A stretch of 64,000 nt of DNA from Microcoleaceae cyanobacterium (GTDB lineage: Bacteria; Cyanobacteriota; Cyanobacteriia; Cyanobacteriales; Microcoleaceae). The notes below the pieces were generated by a model. The model did not search any database. It was given only the letters and a program-made list of their open reading frames with translations, and was not told the origin of the DNA. The position numbers and the translations under genes are program-made. This document shows, piece after piece, positions 44,188-55,663 of this stretch. Each line of letters starts with the position of its first letter. Position 1 is the stretch's first letter. Where the stretch lies: assembly GCA_051652765.1 (NCBI GenBank), contig JBOFUV010000008.1, positions 1 to 64,000 of the forward strand. Reading direction: 5' to 3'.

Positions 44188-47043
44188 TTATAATGGGTAA
44201 TGCTTCTGAATATAGGCGACTGCCGAAGCGCGATCATCTACAACTCCGTCTAGAGTTGCCTTGAGTAAATCTTCTAACATTTGCTTGAACTGACGACCGG
44301 GTTGGTAACCCATTTGCTTTAAATCATCTCCATTTAAAGAAGGCTTAATTCTCCACCAATGGGTTAGATACTGCCGAATTTGGTGGCGAGTTTTGGGAGA
44401 ACCTTGAGCGGCAATCAAAATTAATGTGGGTAAGTCGTAGGACTCCAGAGATTGAGCAATTTCACTAGGAAGTTTACAGTTGGGTAATGATTCCAGCACT
44501 GTTGTTTTTACGGCTTCAAAAGTATCTAGTCGTTTACTGGCATCAAGGGGAAGTTGAAGATTTTCTACAACTTCTCGACGGTACTCTGGAAGCAAATATA
44601 CAATTAACCCTTCTAGTCTAATTTGCCAATGGGCTAAGGTTTTTTCCGAATCAAACTGTTGTAAATAACAATCAATTAAGCGAATCTGCTGCCAAAGTTT
44701 ATGGGTTAATTCGAGGGTGACATGAATACATTGTAATGCTTTAAGGTCTCCTAAAAGTTGTAGAGCTAATTTCCAGTAGGGAGCTTGTAGAATATATCTG
44801 AGTTCACTTTTGAGGCGTGTTCCTAGGGCCGGAGTCCGTTGAACCTTAGTGCTAGAACCATTTAAATATTTCCTAACTTTAGCCTGTTCATAAATTCTAC
44901 TGTCAATTGCATAGTGAATATAGTTTTTGGTCTGAGCTTCTAACTCAAATCCTAATCGTACAGCAAACCGAACTGCTCGATAGATTCGGGTCGGGTCTTC
45001 AATGAAACTATTGGCATGAAGGACTCGAATCTGTCGATTTTTCAAGTCTGCGACTCCACCGAAAAAATCAAGCAATTCTCCAGTATTAGGAGAAGTTAAT
45101 CTCAAAGCCAAGGCATTAATAGTGAAGTCTCTACGATACAGATCTTGACGAATTGAACTGGCTTCAACTTCGGGATTGGCAGCCGGATAGGGATAAAATT
45201 CAGTGCGCGCTGTAGCAATATCAATCCAAAGAGATTGGAAAATCGGGTCATTATGCCACAACAATGCTACAGTTTGAAATTGACCGTGAATTTCTAAACG
45301 TGCCTCAGGATAATCTCGCTGTAATGCTTTTGCTAATGCCACAGATGGAGAGATTTCGTGCGATATTTTAGCTTCAGCATTCAATTTTTCTTGGATTTGG
45401 CTATTAGAAGTAGTTGCCGCCTCAGGAGTTTGACAGGGATGAACTTGGACTGGGTTTGAAGCTTCGTAATAACTATCCACGACTAAATCAAGGTCAGTCA
45501 GTAATAAATTTTCCTCTGCACTGGCTAATAACAAGTCCCGTACTCCTCCGCCGACCAAATATAACTGCCATCCCTTTTCCTGGGCAAGCTGTGTTAGTCG
45601 ATCCATCAGTTCTAACAGAGGAGTCACCAAATGGTTCTGAAACAGTTCCTGAACTGAATTGCAAGTTACCCCTGGAAGACATCCTTTAAACCCTCCTAAA
45701 GTTTGAGCAGTTTGTTGTTGATGTAGCCAGCGCAAAACATCAGTTCTGGTGACGATTCCAACTAGATTTCCTTGTTCTAAAACGGGTAAACGACCAATAT
45801 CATAGGTCACCATTAGTGCCTCAATTTCAGGCAAGGTTGTTTCCGGTGAAATAGTTTTTAACTGTGGGGTCATATAGCCTTTGACTGGGGCATGACTGAA
45901 GCCATGATGCAGGGCAATATCAATATCTCGTCTCGAAATAATTCCAACTAGTTGATCCTGTTGATTAACAACAGATAACCCCGAATGACCATAGCGCAGT
46001 AAAATCCGGTGAGTTGCTTCAATGGTTGTTTGGGGACGAATAGTTCTCACTGGAGAAGACATTAATTCCTTTGCTGTGGGCGGATGGGGAATTTGGGCAA
46101 TTAATTCTTCAACGAACTGAAGTAGAATTTTAACCGGATTAACCTCTTTTAAAACTACTGATGCCGCTTTTTCATGGCCTCCTCCACCCCAGGGTTTTAA
46201 GATTTGATTTAAATCCGTTTTCTTGATACGCGATCGCCCAATAACCGTCAATCTATCTCCTCTTTGACCTTTGATTTTATAAGTGTTGCCGACGAAAATT
46301 GCATCACTTTCAGTCAGGTCGAGAAGCTCGGAAACCATATTAGAAAGTCCAGGAATATACTGCTCTGTTTCTAGTAAAATCCAACCAATGGTAAATCCTC
46401 GAATGACTTGCTTATTAAGTTGGTTAAACCCAGTCATTAATAACTCTTGTAATTGAGGAGACAAACCGGGTTCTATATATTCCGAAATAACGGATGGATT
46501 TGCTCCCTGCTGCATTAACCAAGCCAAAGCAAGAACATCTCGAACCGTGGTGTGATCAAACGTTAAAGAACCTGTATCCACATGAATTCCTAGTGCCATA
46601 ACTATAGCTTCTGCGGCAGTTAAACTGAGTTGGGTTGCAGGGTTCAAGTGGTTGAATTCCTGAAGTTTTTCCGCGACTAAGGTTGTTGTTGCACCTATAG
46701 GTTCAATATAAGTTTGGCTGGCTGCAATGTTAGATTGGCTGCTGGGATGATGATCCCAAATTTCAATCTGAGAGACCTGGGGAAGATCTAACCACTCTGC
46801 TGTTTTTCCGAGGCGATCACGAGCTTGAGTATCGACAATGGTTAGCCGATGAATTTGTTCTGGATTGACTGAGCGGCGTTCAATCATGGGAAATTCATCC
46901 CGATGTAGGGCTAGAAAATCTCGGACTGGAGGATGACACCCTCCAGCTAAGACAATTCGGCTGCCCGAATAGATTCGACTGAGTCCAACAGCAGCTCCCA
47001 AAGCATCAAAATCAACAGTTGTGTGACAAAGAATAAGATGCAT
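44188..47043 (-). CDS. DHH-CBS-nucleotidyltransferase (probable A-adding tRNA nucleotidyltransferase)
   Basis: CHTTVDFDA, WDHH, GGGGH, CBS pair, LVGGGVRD, DLD, ARTEFYPYPAANPEV, DLYRRDFTINA, EDPTRI.RAVRF. Confidence 0.9.
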   Translation of the reverse strand: MHLILCHTTVDFDALGAAVGLSRIYSGSRIVLAGGCHPPVRDFLALHRDEFPMIERRSVNPEQIHRLTIVDTQARDRLGKTAEWLDLPQVSQIEIWDHHPSSQSNIAASQTYIEPIGATTTLVAEKLQEFNHLNPATQLSLTAAEAIVMALGIHVDTGSLTFDHTTVRDVLALAWLMQQGANPSVISEYIEPGLSPQLQELLMTGFNQLNKQVIRGFTIGWILLETEQYIPGLSNMVSELLDLTESDAIFVGNTYKIKGQRGDRLTVIGRSRIKKTDLNQILKPWGGGGHEKAASVVLKEVNPVKILLQFVEELIAQIPHPPTAKELMSSPVRTIRPQTTIEATHRILLRYGHSGLSVVNQQDQLVGIISRRDIDIALHHGFSHAPVKGYMTPQLKTISPETTLPEIEALMVTYDIGRLPVLEQGNLVGIVTRTDVLRWLHQQQTAQTLGGFKGCLPGVTCNSVQELFQNHLVTPLLELMDRLTQLAQEKGWQLYLVGGGVRDLLLASAEENLLLTDLDLVVDSYYEASNPVQVHPCQTPEAATTSNSQIQEKLNAEAKISHEISPSVALAKALQRDYPEARLEIHGQFQTVALLWHNDPIFQSLWIDIATARTEFYPYPAANPEVEASSIRQDLYRRDFTINALALRLTSPNTGELLDFFGGVADLKNRQIRVLHANSFIEDPTRIYRAVRFAVRLGFELEAQTKNYIHYAIDSRIYEQAKVRKYLNGSSTKVQRTPALGTRLKSELRYILQAPYWKLALQLLGDLKALQCIHVTLELTHKLWQQIRLIDCYLQQFDSEKTLAHWQIRLEGLIVYLLPEYRREVVENLQLPLDASKRLDTFEAVKTTVLESLPNCKLPSEIAQSLESYDLPTLILIAAQGSPKTRHQIRQYLTHWWRIKPSLNGDDLKQMGYQPGRQFKQMLEDLLKATLDGVVDDRASAVAYIQKHYPL

Positions 47044-47184
47044 TTTAGTGATTAGTTTCAAACAATAGATGCTAAATAGTTGATTCTAAATTTTGTGTTC
47101 ATACTCCAAATCAGATCGCTATAACTAACTCTAAAGATTACTGGTAAGGATTACTTCTGGAAATTTACTTTAATAGCCTTGAGT

Positions 47185-48576
47185 TTAAGTTTGAGAATTA
47201 AGACATCTTTTTTTAAGTTTAACCATAAAGAAGCCGTCCATGTTTTGGCGATGGGGCCAAACTTTAATCCAACCTTCTGAAGTGATTAAATCGGAAGTTT
47301 CAAGGCTGGGAATCTCAATATCCCACTGAGGGTTTTGATGAAGAAAAGACTGAATGACCGTTTCATTTTCTGCTGTATGTAAAGTACAGGTTGCATAGAC
47401 TAAATAACCTCCAGGTTTTACCCAACTTGCAACTTTGTCTAACAGTTTAGTTTGCAGTTCAGCCAGATCTAAGATATTCTTTGGAGTATGTCTCCAGCGA
47501 GCATCTGCTCGACGATGGAGTGTCCCCAAGCCAGAACAAGGAGCATCTAATAAGACTCGATCTGCTGTGGGGTGTTCTGAATGAACATTGAGAATATCTG
47601 CTGTTTCAATCTGAATAGATTGTAGCTGGAGTCGTTCTAGATTTTGCTTCAATTTTCTTAATCTAGACTCAGCCTTATCAAAGGCAAGAATTATCCCTTG
47701 ATCTTGCATTAGTTCTGCGATGTGAGTAGTTTTTCCCCCAGGAGCAGCGCAGGCATCGATGATTAGTTCTCCTGGTTTTGGATCTAAGAGATAGCTTACC
47801 AACTGAGCACTGCTATCTTGAACTGTCCACCAACCTTGAGTATAACCAGGTAACTTTTGGATCGCTCCCACCCTCCCAATCAATCTTAAAGTATAGGGAA
47901 AATTAGGGATTCTTTGAGTTAGAATCTCCCCAGATTGGAAGGCTGCTTCTACTTCCTCTAAGGTGGTTTTTAAGGGATTAATACGGAGGTCAATCGTTGG
48001 AGATTGATTAAACCATTGGCAAAGTTTTTCTGTTTCAACTAGACCCAGTTGATCTAACCATAACTGAATGATCCAATTTGGAAAGCTGTGTAAAATACCC
48101 AACTTCTCGACTAAATCTTCTGGCCATTGAAAGGCCGGAAAAAACGGATGACTCTTTTGAGAGTCTGCTTCTGTTTGAGGAAACTTTCGGAGATATTGCC
48201 GTAAAATTCCATTCACAAATCCACTCAGTCCAGCCAGCTTGTTTTCTTTTGCCAATTCAACTGTCGAATTAACTGCGGCAGCAGCAGGAATTTGCGTCAA
48301 ATAGCCTAATTGATACAATCCAAGATGCAGAATAATTCGTAAGTCTGGGGATTGTTGAGCAGCAGTTTTCTGGGCAAGTTGATTAATCAAAGCATCGAGC
48401 GATCGCCTTCGTCGAACACAGCCATAAACCAGTTCTGTTGCTAGTCTTCGGTCAACGTTACTTAAATTTGTTTGAGATAAATTTCTATCCAATGAAACGT
48501 CAGCAAAAAGCTCCCGCCGATAGATGTCTTGCAGCGTGAGAAACGCGAGTTGACGAGGATTGGTACTGAAAATCAC
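47185..48576 (-). CDS. rsmB: 16S rRNA m5C967 methyltransferase
   Basis: NusB-like N-terminus (FVNGILR), VQDSSAQ, DACAAPGGKTTH, DAPCSGLG, YATCT, DGFF. Confidence 0.95.
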   Translation of the reverse strand: MIFSTNPRQLAFLTLQDIYRRELFADVSLDRNLSQTNLSNVDRRLATELVYGCVRRRRSLDALINQLAQKTAAQQSPDLRIILHLGLYQLGYLTQIPAAAAVNSTVELAKENKLAGLSGFVNGILRQYLRKFPQTEADSQKSHPFFPAFQWPEDLVEKLGILHSFPNWIIQLWLDQLGLVETEKLCQWFNQSPTIDLRINPLKTTLEEVEAAFQSGEILTQRIPNFPYTLRLIGRVGAIQKLPGYTQGWWTVQDSSAQLVSYLLDPKPGELIIDACAAPGGKTTHIAELMQDQGIILAFDKAESRLRKLKQNLERLQLQSIQIETADILNVHSEHPTADRVLLDAPCSGLGTLHRRADARWRHTPKNILDLAELQTKLLDKVASWVKPGGYLVYATCTLHTAENETVIQSFLHQNPQWDIEIPSLETSDLITSEGWIKVWPHRQNMDGFFMVKLKKRCLNSQT

Positions 48577-48697
48577 AATAAAGTTACAATGAAACTACGA
48601 TGAAACTACATACGGGGGATCTGACCAAGGAAATCTAACAAAATTGACGGGATATGCAAACCATCCTACTTTTAGAGTACAGGTTAGGTTAGCAATC

Positions 48698-50020
48698 ATG
48701 CAAAAACTCCCAAAAAGACGGGGGCGATGGATATCTATCCTCACAACACTCCAAGGGATGCTTCAAACTCCAAATTTTCCTGAGGCAGGTAACTATGATG
48801 CGTGGCGACGTCGCTTCATGCATCATCGGCTGAAATTGGGGTTTAGGCTAGCAATCCTATGTTACTTCACCTTTATCTCACTTCAACTGAGCTACTTCAT
48901 TGTTCGCCCCGATAGATTTAGACCAACCTGGTTGCTGATTCAGGTTGGCATAGAACTTGGCTTTTTCCTAGGTCTGAACTTGTTGCAATCTTCCTTTGGA
49001 AAACAACATCCAGGACGTATATTTCTCTTCCTCTCTTGGCTTGTGACGTTTAGTCCTCAAATCCAGGCTACTTTAGATCAGGTTTATACCTTTTCAATTA
49101 TTGAATGGCCACTGATGTTTTTCGCTCAAGCTACATTAATTCCTGTTCGCTGGCGATTACATTTGATTGCTCAAATTAGTGTTTTTTTGTACTCGCTATG
49201 GTGTAAATTTTTTCTCAAATTTCCAGTCTATCTACCAGCAACATGGGTGACAGAAGAGTTTGCTATACTCTACTTTTTTTGGATTTGTTTGATTAGCAAC
49301 CTCTCTGTTTTTTTATATGATCATCTTGCCTCTGCTCAATTTAATTCCCGTCTAACCTTAGAGGATGCTTTTCGGCAACTCAAAGTGGAGCAAGAGCGTT
49401 CTGAAGGGTTGCTACTTAATATTTTGCCTTATCCCATTGCTCAACGATTAAAACAGAAGCCGACAACGATTGCAGATAGCTTCTCCCACGTCGGAGTTTT
49501 ATTTGGAGATATTGTGGGGTTCACGGAACTGTCTGGGAAGATTTCTCCAGAAGATTTAGTAGAACTTTTGAACCAGATTTTTTCTCAGTTTGATTGTTTG
49601 GCAGAACACCATGGCTTGGAAAAAATTAAAACAATTGGGGATGCCTACATGGTCGTTTCAGGACTGCCTATTCCTCGAGAAGATTATATAGAGGCGATCG
49701 CTGATATGGCGTTAGATATGAAGCAAGTATTGCATCAGTTTAATCTTGAAGCAAAGCAAAATTTCCAAATGCGAATTGGGATTGCGGTAGGCCCAGTGAT
49801 TGCTGGAGTGATTGGGATTAGAAAGTTTACTTATGATCTTTGGGGCAATACAGTAAATATTGCTAGTCGGATGGAATCCCATGGAATTGCCGATGAAATT
49901 CAAGTGACTGATGAGATTTACAAATCTCTGAAAGAGCAATATCTCTTTGAGCGTCGAGGCGTGATTGAAATTAAGGGAAAAGGAGAAATGACAACCTATT
50001 TATTGAAAGGAAAGTTGTAG
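48698..50020 (+). CDS. Membrane-bound class III adenylate cyclase
   Basis: About 6 TM helices; ERSEGLLLNILP, FGDIVGFT, EKIKTIGDAYM, YDLWGNTVNIASRMES. Lys/Asp specificity residues indicate ATP. Confidence 0.9.
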   Translation: MQKLPKRRGRWISILTTLQGMLQTPNFPEAGNYDAWRRRFMHHRLKLGFRLAILCYFTFISLQLSYFIVRPDRFRPTWLLIQVGIELGFFLGLNLLQSSFGKQHPGRIFLFLSWLVTFSPQIQATLDQVYTFSIIEWPLMFFAQATLIPVRWRLHLIAQISVFLYSLWCKFFLKFPVYLPATWVTEEFAILYFFWICLISNLSVFLYDHLASAQFNSRLTLEDAFRQLKVEQERSEGLLLNILPYPIAQRLKQKPTTIADSFSHVGVLFGDIVGFTELSGKISPEDLVELLNQIFSQFDCLAEHHGLEKIKTIGDAYMVVSGLPIPREDYIEAIADMALDMKQVLHQFNLEAKQNFQMRIGIAVGPVIAGVIGIRKFTYDLWGNTVNIASRMESHGIADEIQVTDEIYKSLKEQYLFERRGVIEIKGKGEMTTYLLKGKL

Positions 50021-50169
50021 TCGGAGATCATCAACCCCAAACATTAAATTTTTCTAGAGATTTAATGTTTTTAAATATTAAATCTTTCTAGATACTAAAT
50101 ATTACTTTACAAATCTCTTGTACTCGAAGGTAGCTGCTATGCTGTGAATAGTTCTTGTTAAATTATTCT

Positions 50170-50340
50170 TGTCGCAGTCCTAGAACAGTTTTGTGATCAG
50201 TGTAGTTTTGTAATCAGTTACGCATAAAGTTAAAGAGGAGTTTGGGGACTTTGCCCTCAAGGAGAGGCAACGCATCTTTACCTCATTTCACAAATTATTT
50301 CGGGTTAAGATATTCGGGTTAAGATATTCGGGTTGATATA
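50170..50340. mobile_element. MITE-like element related to 33852-33963, right end expanded into a 14-bp tandem x3 (TTCGGGTTAAGATA)
   Basis: GCAGTCCTAGAACAGTTTTGTGA ... GGAGTTTGGGGACTTTGCCCTC..GAGAGGCAACG ... TTTCACAAATTATTT. Confidence 0.55.
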
Positions 50341-50408
50341 TCCGTAGAAGTACTTTCCAGTCTGAGCCAACATATCTCAACTCATAATAGCTTTAGGAAG
50401 CACGGAAG

Positions 50409-50876
50409 ATGAAGATGAGTGATTGCTGCATGGTTCCCGTTGTTAAATCTCTGCGGGATTATCAAGCGTATCAGATTAATCCCGACGATCGCAATCGACT
50501 TGCGATTGTATTCGATCCCACTGCTGCAAATGCCTCTTTAACCGTTTGCGTTGAAATCTTTGAGGCTGGGGCAACCGTTCCGTTTCATCAGCACCGGGTT
50601 GCAGTTGAGATGTTTTTTATTCTGAAGGGAGAGGCGATCGCAGTCTGCGATGGCAAGGCCGTTAAGCTTCAAACTGGAGACAGTATTTTAGTTCCTCCCC
50701 AGGGAATTCATAGCCTTGAAAACATTGGTTCAACTCGTCTTTATGCTTTATGCATTATGGTTCCCAACGAAGATTTTATTGAACTGATTCGAAACGGGAC
50801 TGCTGTTAAGCTGGATGAAGAAGACTTGCGGGTTCTCAGTAGAACCGATAATTTATTCTCGGTTTTACCGAGTTGA
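50409..50876 (+). CDS. Cupin domain protein
   Basis: PFHQH..VEMFFILKGE and GDSILVPPQGIHSLEN cupin motifs. Confidence 0.9.
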   Translation: MKMSDCCMVPVVKSLRDYQAYQINPDDRNRLAIVFDPTAANASLTVCVEIFEAGATVPFHQHRVAVEMFFILKGEAIAVCDGKAVKLQTGDSILVPPQGIHSLENIGSTRLYALCIMVPNEDFIELIRNGTAVKLDEEDLRVLSRTDNLFSVLPS

Positions 50877-50990
50877 AACTCTGTAGGCAATCAGCGGATT
50901 GAACTTTCTTAAAATTCTTTAAGAATACTGACTGCCTCTGCTCCTATTTGCTACAACCAAAACAGAGATTGTTTCTCAGGGATCAAAAAA

Positions 50991-51242
50991 ATGAACATGA
51001 GATTGGTCGTATTTTCAGGAGTTGTAATGGCAATGCTGGGTTCGATTTCTGGCCTAGCGGTTTCTAAAATCCATCAGGAGAGATATCAGTGTTGTAGTGA
51101 TATTACTCGCAAGGTGGATCTAGGATATAGCCAATCTACAACTCCTAGGCAGTATGCCGTAGTTGGTGCAGTAATGGGTCTTGGGGCCGGATTGGTGCTA
51201 GAAAGCATTCGTCAGGCGCAGCCTGAGGAGATAGAAAAGTAG
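50991..51242 (+). CDS. Small hypothetical two-TM protein
   Basis: Two Gly-rich hydrophobic segments; ATG start. Confidence 0.6.
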   Translation: MNMRLVVFSGVVMAMLGSISGLAVSKIHQERYQCCSDITRKVDLGYSQSTTPRQYAVVGAVMGLGAGLVLESIRQAQPEEIEK

Positions 51243-51357
51243 AGTGTAGCTACATCAAGTCAGTAATCATATCTTTACATTTTGAGTTCTCTACATTTTG
51301 AGTTCTCTACATTTTGAATTTGCTGGTTCAATATAGCTAGTTGCTGATATTGGGCGC

Positions 51358-51390
51358 TGCTGAGTAAAGGAATCAATCCCTCACTCAGCA
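51358..51390. terminator. Hairpin downstream of pyk in a convergent gap
   Basis: TGCTGAGT...ACTCAGCA inverted repeat. Confidence 0.5.
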
Positions 51391-51403
51391 AGGTCAGACT
51401 AAA

Positions 51404-52837
51404 TTAAGCTTCAAGCTGATGAATCTTGATGAAATTTGTTCCTCGGGAATGCTGTGTGGGAATCCCAGCAACGATTAGAATTTTGTCCCCCGCTTCAACG
51501 AATTTTCGTGAGAGGAGCACGCTTTCTGCTTGATTTACTAAATCTTCAAAAGAGGTGACCTCATGGTCTAGTAAGATCGGTTTAACTCCCCAGGCAAGGT
51601 TTAGCCGGTGATAGGATCTGACCTCGGGAGTGAGGGCAATGACTGGAGCACGGGGACGTTCTGCTGCTGCCAGTTCTGCGGTGTAACCACTGCCAGTAAA
51701 GGCAACGATACACTTCAAGTCCAAAATTTTGTCAATTGTGTTCAGGGCTTCGCTCAAAGCATGAGTTTCATCACTGTTTGCAGGAGGATAATTGACAAAT
51801 TTTGCTTCTTTCTCCACGTCTGCTGCAATTCGGGCTAACATCTCTACTGCTTTCACAGGATAATCTCCAACAGCAGATTCCCCAGACAACATCACAGCAT
51901 CAGTTCCATCCAAAATTGCATTGGCGACATCAGATGCCTCAGCCCGGGTCGGACGAGGATTGTGAATCATGCTTTCCAACATCTGGGTAGCTGTGATGAC
52001 TGGAATCCCTTTTTGATTACAGAGCCTAATAATTTGCTTTTGGAGCAAGGGAACCTTTTCGGGACTTAGTTCCACTCCGAGATCTCCTCGGGCCACCATC
52101 AGACCATCACATTCATCGATAATAGCTTGCAGATTTGCGATCGCTTGAGGCTTCTCAATTTTGGCCATCACTGGAGTTTTCTCCGCCCCATGCTGGGCCA
52201 TAAACTCCCTCAACCCTCTGACATCTTCAGCCTGACGCACAAAGCTCAGGGAAACCCAATCAACGCCTTGAGCCAAGCCAAATTCTAAGTCCTGCTTGTC
52301 CTTGTCAGTCATGGCAGGGAGTTGCAGGATTAAGCTGGGCAAGTTCACTCCCTTGCGACTCTTGAGAGTTCCTCCCTCAATGATTTTGCACTTTACGGAA
52401 GTGCCTGAAATCTCTTCAATCCGGAGTTCAAGCAAACCATCGTCTAGCAAAATTTGTGCACCTGGTTCGGCCTCCTCAGCCAGATGGGGGTAGTCAATGG
52501 AGGCTGTATCCGGTTGGCCATTGTATTCATCCATCGGTACAAACGTGATGAATTCTCCCGGAACCAATTCCATAGAACCATTCGGTAGTTGACCCACGCG
52601 AATTTTTGGCCCTTGCAAATCTTGTAATAGCGTCACGGGAGTATTGAGTTCTGCAGAAACCTGACGGAGGAGCTGAATTGTCCCAGCATGATCTTCATAA
52701 CTACCATGGGAAAAATTGAGCCGAGCAACATTCATCCCAGCCTGAATCATTTGTTTCAAGATTTCAGGATCATGACTTGCTGGGCCAATGGTCGCGACAA
52801 TTTTGGTACGATGACTTAGGAGTTCCATAGGTTTCAA
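51404..52837 (-). CDS. pyk: Pyruvate kinase (short type; start may be ATG 52828)
   Basis: [55 protein letters not shown]. Confidence 0.98.
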   Translation of the reverse strand: MKPMELLSHRTKIVATIGPASHDPEILKQMIQAGMNVARLNFSHGSYEDHAGTIQLLRQVSAELNTPVTLLQDLQGPKIRVGQLPNGSMELVPGEFITFVPMDEYNGQPDTASIDYPHLAEEAEPGAQILLDDGLLELRIEEISGTSVKCKIIEGGTLKSRKGVNLPSLILQLPAMTDKDKQDLEFGLAQGVDWVSLSFVRQAEDVRGLREFMAQHGAEKTPVMAKIEKPQAIANLQAIIDECDGLMVARGDLGVELSPEKVPLLQKQIIRLCNQKGIPVITATQMLESMIHNPRPTRAEASDVANAILDGTDAVMLSGESAVGDYPVKAVEMLARIAADVEKEAKFVNYPPANSDETHALSEALNTIDKILDLKCIVAFTGSGYTAELAAAERPRAPVIALTPEVRSYHRLNLAWGVKPILLDHEVTSFEDLVNQAESVLLSRKFVEAGDKILIVAGIPTQHSRGTNFIKIHQLEA

Positions 52838-52942
52838 CTGTTGTAAGGTTTAAATTACAGAGCTTAGAGTTGGAAGGCTTATAGACTTAACCGGCGTTGC
52901 TTGAACTTTGAGTTTGAATATCAAGCCCTTTGAATATCAAGC

Positions 52943-53941
52943 CTAAAGTTCGAGTTGACGAATCACTTCATACAAAGTTTGGCCAGATTTTCGCAATAAA
53001 ACTTCCTCCGTTTCACTTAAGGAGAAGTTGACAGTTTTGCTGACTCCTTGACGGTTCACAATTGCAGGTATGCTAATGCAAATCTCCGGTAAGTCATAAA
53101 TACCTTGAACTAGACTACTCACCGTTAAAATCCGGTTTTGATTTCGCAGAATTGCTTTAACAATATCTGTAACTGCCAAACCAACTGCATACGAAGTGTA
53201 ACCCTTTCTTTGAATAATTTCATAGGCTGCATTTTTGACATGTTCAAATATCTCAGTGAGCTCAGCCGAGCTGCATGGGGGACTTCCTTCCCAATCGCCA
53301 TCACAGATTTTCGTCCCAGCAACGTTGACCCTGCTCCACACAGGCACCTCACTATCGCCATGTTCGCCAATCACAGAGGCATGAACGCTACGAGAATCAA
53401 TGTTTAATTTTTCTGCTAAGAGTGTCCGAAAACGAGCTGTATCTAGTACAGTTCCTGAACCCAAAACCCTTGAAATTGGAAAGCCAGAAAGCTTCAGACT
53501 GACATAAGTCATAATGTCCACAGGATTGCTAACAATGAGCAAAATACTATTTGGACAGTGCTTCGCGACATCCCCAATTAAACCTTTGAAAATCTTGACA
53601 TTACGCTGAACTAAATCTAAGCGAGTTTCTCCCTCTCTCTGACTTGCCCCAGCAGTAATAATTACAATATCAGCACCTTGACCCGCATCTGCTACCGTTC
53701 CGGCCTTGACTTTAGTTGGTGAAATAAAAGGAATGCCATGAGCTAAATCCATGACCTCACCTTCAACCTTGTCCGTAGCAATATCTTGCAAAATCAACTC
53801 ATCAAAACAATCTTGAATAAGTAGAGAGTAAGCACAGGCCATCCCGACCTGGCCTGCACCAATAATAACGCCCTTGCGAGGGCGAATTGTGCCAAATTGA
53901 TTCTCTATTATTGGATTAGCATTGAACAATTTTTCTAGCAT
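52943..53941 (-). CDS. ldh: L-lactate dehydrogenase
   Basis: [24 protein letters not shown] (Gln at the LDH/MDH discriminating position), [20 protein letters not shown]. Confidence 0.9.
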   Translation of the reverse strand: MLEKLFNANPIIENQFGTIRPRKGVIIGAGQVGMACAYSLLIQDCFDELILQDIATDKVEGEVMDLAHGIPFISPTKVKAGTVADAGQGADIVIITAGASQREGETRLDLVQRNVKIFKGLIGDVAKHCPNSILLIVSNPVDIMTYVSLKLSGFPISRVLGSGTVLDTARFRTLLAEKLNIDSRSVHASVIGEHGDSEVPVWSRVNVAGTKICDGDWEGSPPCSSAELTEIFEHVKNAAYEIIQRKGYTSYAVGLAVTDIVKAILRNQNRILTVSSLVQGIYDLPEICISIPAIVNRQGVSKTVNFSLSETEEVLLRKSGQTLYEVIRQLEL

Positions 53942-54352
53942 AAAGCCTCCAGTGGAAACCCTGTTAATCGTTGATTTTTCTCATCTTTGAGATAGCAATA
54001 CCTGTAAAAAAATACAGATAAAACAACTGAAATATAACAACAATTTGAAATTAACGATGATCTTTCAATCTTGCCTATTCCAGCTTGCTTAGAATTCTAC
54101 CATCCCTATGTAAAGTTAATTTCAAAAGCAATGTGAGCATAATTTATGCATAATCTAGCCTTAACCTTTTTTGAGGATTTATTCTTTATTAGCAATCCTT
54201 ATGATGGAACGAATCTACTGGATTCCAGCGCTTTGTCAGAAGAGTTTCAAAGATCCCACCTTTTACAATGAGAATTCCTGATCCTTTATGGCTATCATTG
54301 CAAGTCTCTGAAAAATGTATAACAATAGTTGTGAAATCAATGGAGAGCAAAC

Positions 54353-54538
54353 ATGTTTCTATCGTTTGGCAAGTCATGTTGGGATTGGGAACCTGAATCT
54401 CGCAAAGCGTCTCAACAACGCAAATTAAAGTTTCTTAAATGGATGCGAGATGATCTTGAAACCAGATTGGCTGGACTCAATGCGGCAATTGATACAGTTG
54501 AACGTCAATTAAGTCAGGAAGACATCTCTTCTTCGTAA
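54353..54538 (+). CDS. Small hypothetical coiled-coil protein
   Basis: RBS GGAGAG and ATG; amphipathic KLKFLKWMRDDLETRLAGLNAAIDTVERQL. Confidence 0.6.
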   Translation: MFLSFGKSCWDWEPESRKASQQRKLKFLKWMRDDLETRLAGLNAAIDTVERQLSQEDISSS

Positions 54539-54639
54539 TCTTTACATCTTTTTTTGAAAAGCCATCTGATAGTTTGCGGTGCAGCTAGAATGTCTGAAAA
54601 GGTTTGGCTTGCACTTTATCTTCAATACATTGGCTCTAC

Positions 54640-55596
54640 TTAAGGGTCATCTTTAGGATTGACTCTAAAACTGGCGCGATTCTCAAAATAGGCATTGTAT
54701 ACCGCTTGAACGTTGTACCAGTTGAGAAAAACCCGAGCAATTTCTAGTGCGAGTTGAGGTTTTCCCTGATCAATCAACCACTGTAAAAACCCTGACATTG
54801 TATGCTCATTTAACATCCCACCAACGGACAAGGTTCCCCAGAGAATCTTGTGCAGGATAGTCATCTGAATCATCATCCGTACTTCCAAGGTTGGATGCTT
54901 CTGGTAGAATACAACCCCCATTCGTCCCCGCTGAATTTCTCGATCAATGAGTTGGGGAAGTTGCTTGAGAGAAAAAGCAGGATGCCAATGATAACCTGCC
55001 GCTTTTGGACACTGTACTAACTTTAGCCCTAACTTTTTTAGCCGCACACCCAATTCCAAATCTTCCCAACCATATTGTTGAAATTGAAGGTCGAATAAAC
55101 CTGCTTCAACTAGCCAATGGCGGGCGATTGCTACATTTCCTGTTGCGAAATAGGCTGCTGAAAAATCTGTTGGTTTATAAGGTTCAGAAGTGGGATTTTC
55201 AAAGTTGCAAGTGTTGATCACCCGCCCGTAAGTAAAAACTTTCTCTGAAATTTTCTGGGCTTGAGTCAAAGTTTTTGCATGGCTTTGGAGAAAGGTTTGT
55301 GTGACGACCAAGTCACTGTCAATAAAAATAATTGTGTCCCCATTTGCCTGTTCAATCCCTAAATTTCGGGCTGCTGCAGGCCCCTGATGAACTTGACAAA
55401 AGTAGCGAACATGAGAGAACTCAAGTCGATGATTTTCTAACCATTCAATAGTTCCATCTGTAGAGCCATCATCGACTAGGACAACCTCATAATCTGTGAA
55501 CGATTCTTCTTCTGGTAGTTGATATTCTAATGCTCGTAAGCACTTCTCTAAAATGGGTAGACGATTATAAGTTGGAATAACAATACTAAAAAACAC
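54640..55596 (-). CDS. Glycosyltransferase family 2
   Basis: SIVIPTYNR, VDDGSTD, GPAAARNLG, FIDSD, GWEDLELG. Confidence 0.92.
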   Translation of the reverse strand: MFFSIVIPTYNRLPILEKCLRALEYQLPEEESFTDYEVVLVDDGSTDGTIEWLENHRLEFSHVRYFCQVHQGPAAARNLGIEQANGDTIIFIDSDLVVTQTFLQSHAKTLTQAQKISEKVFTYGRVINTCNFENPTSEPYKPTDFSAAYFATGNVAIARHWLVEAGLFDLQFQQYGWEDLELGVRLKKLGLKLVQCPKAAGYHWHPAFSLKQLPQLIDREIQRGRMGVVFYQKHPTLEVRMMIQMTILHKILWGTLSVGGMLNEHTMSGFLQWLIDQGKPQLALEIARVFLNWYNVQAVYNAYFENRASFRVNPKDDP

Positions 55597-55663
55597 AGAT
55601 TCTCTGATTGTATTTCTAAACTTTGCTTCTAAACTTTACTTCTGAACTTTATCTCTAAACTTT

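Noticed and set aside
48698..50020. Cyclase partner for the SLATT protein (CBASS/Pycsar-like)
   Set aside because: It is an ordinary multi-TM class III adenylate cyclase more than 5 kb away, separated by housekeeping genes
52943..53941. Malate dehydrogenase
   Set aside because: Substrate loop has Gln ([10 protein letters not shown]), not the Arg of MDH
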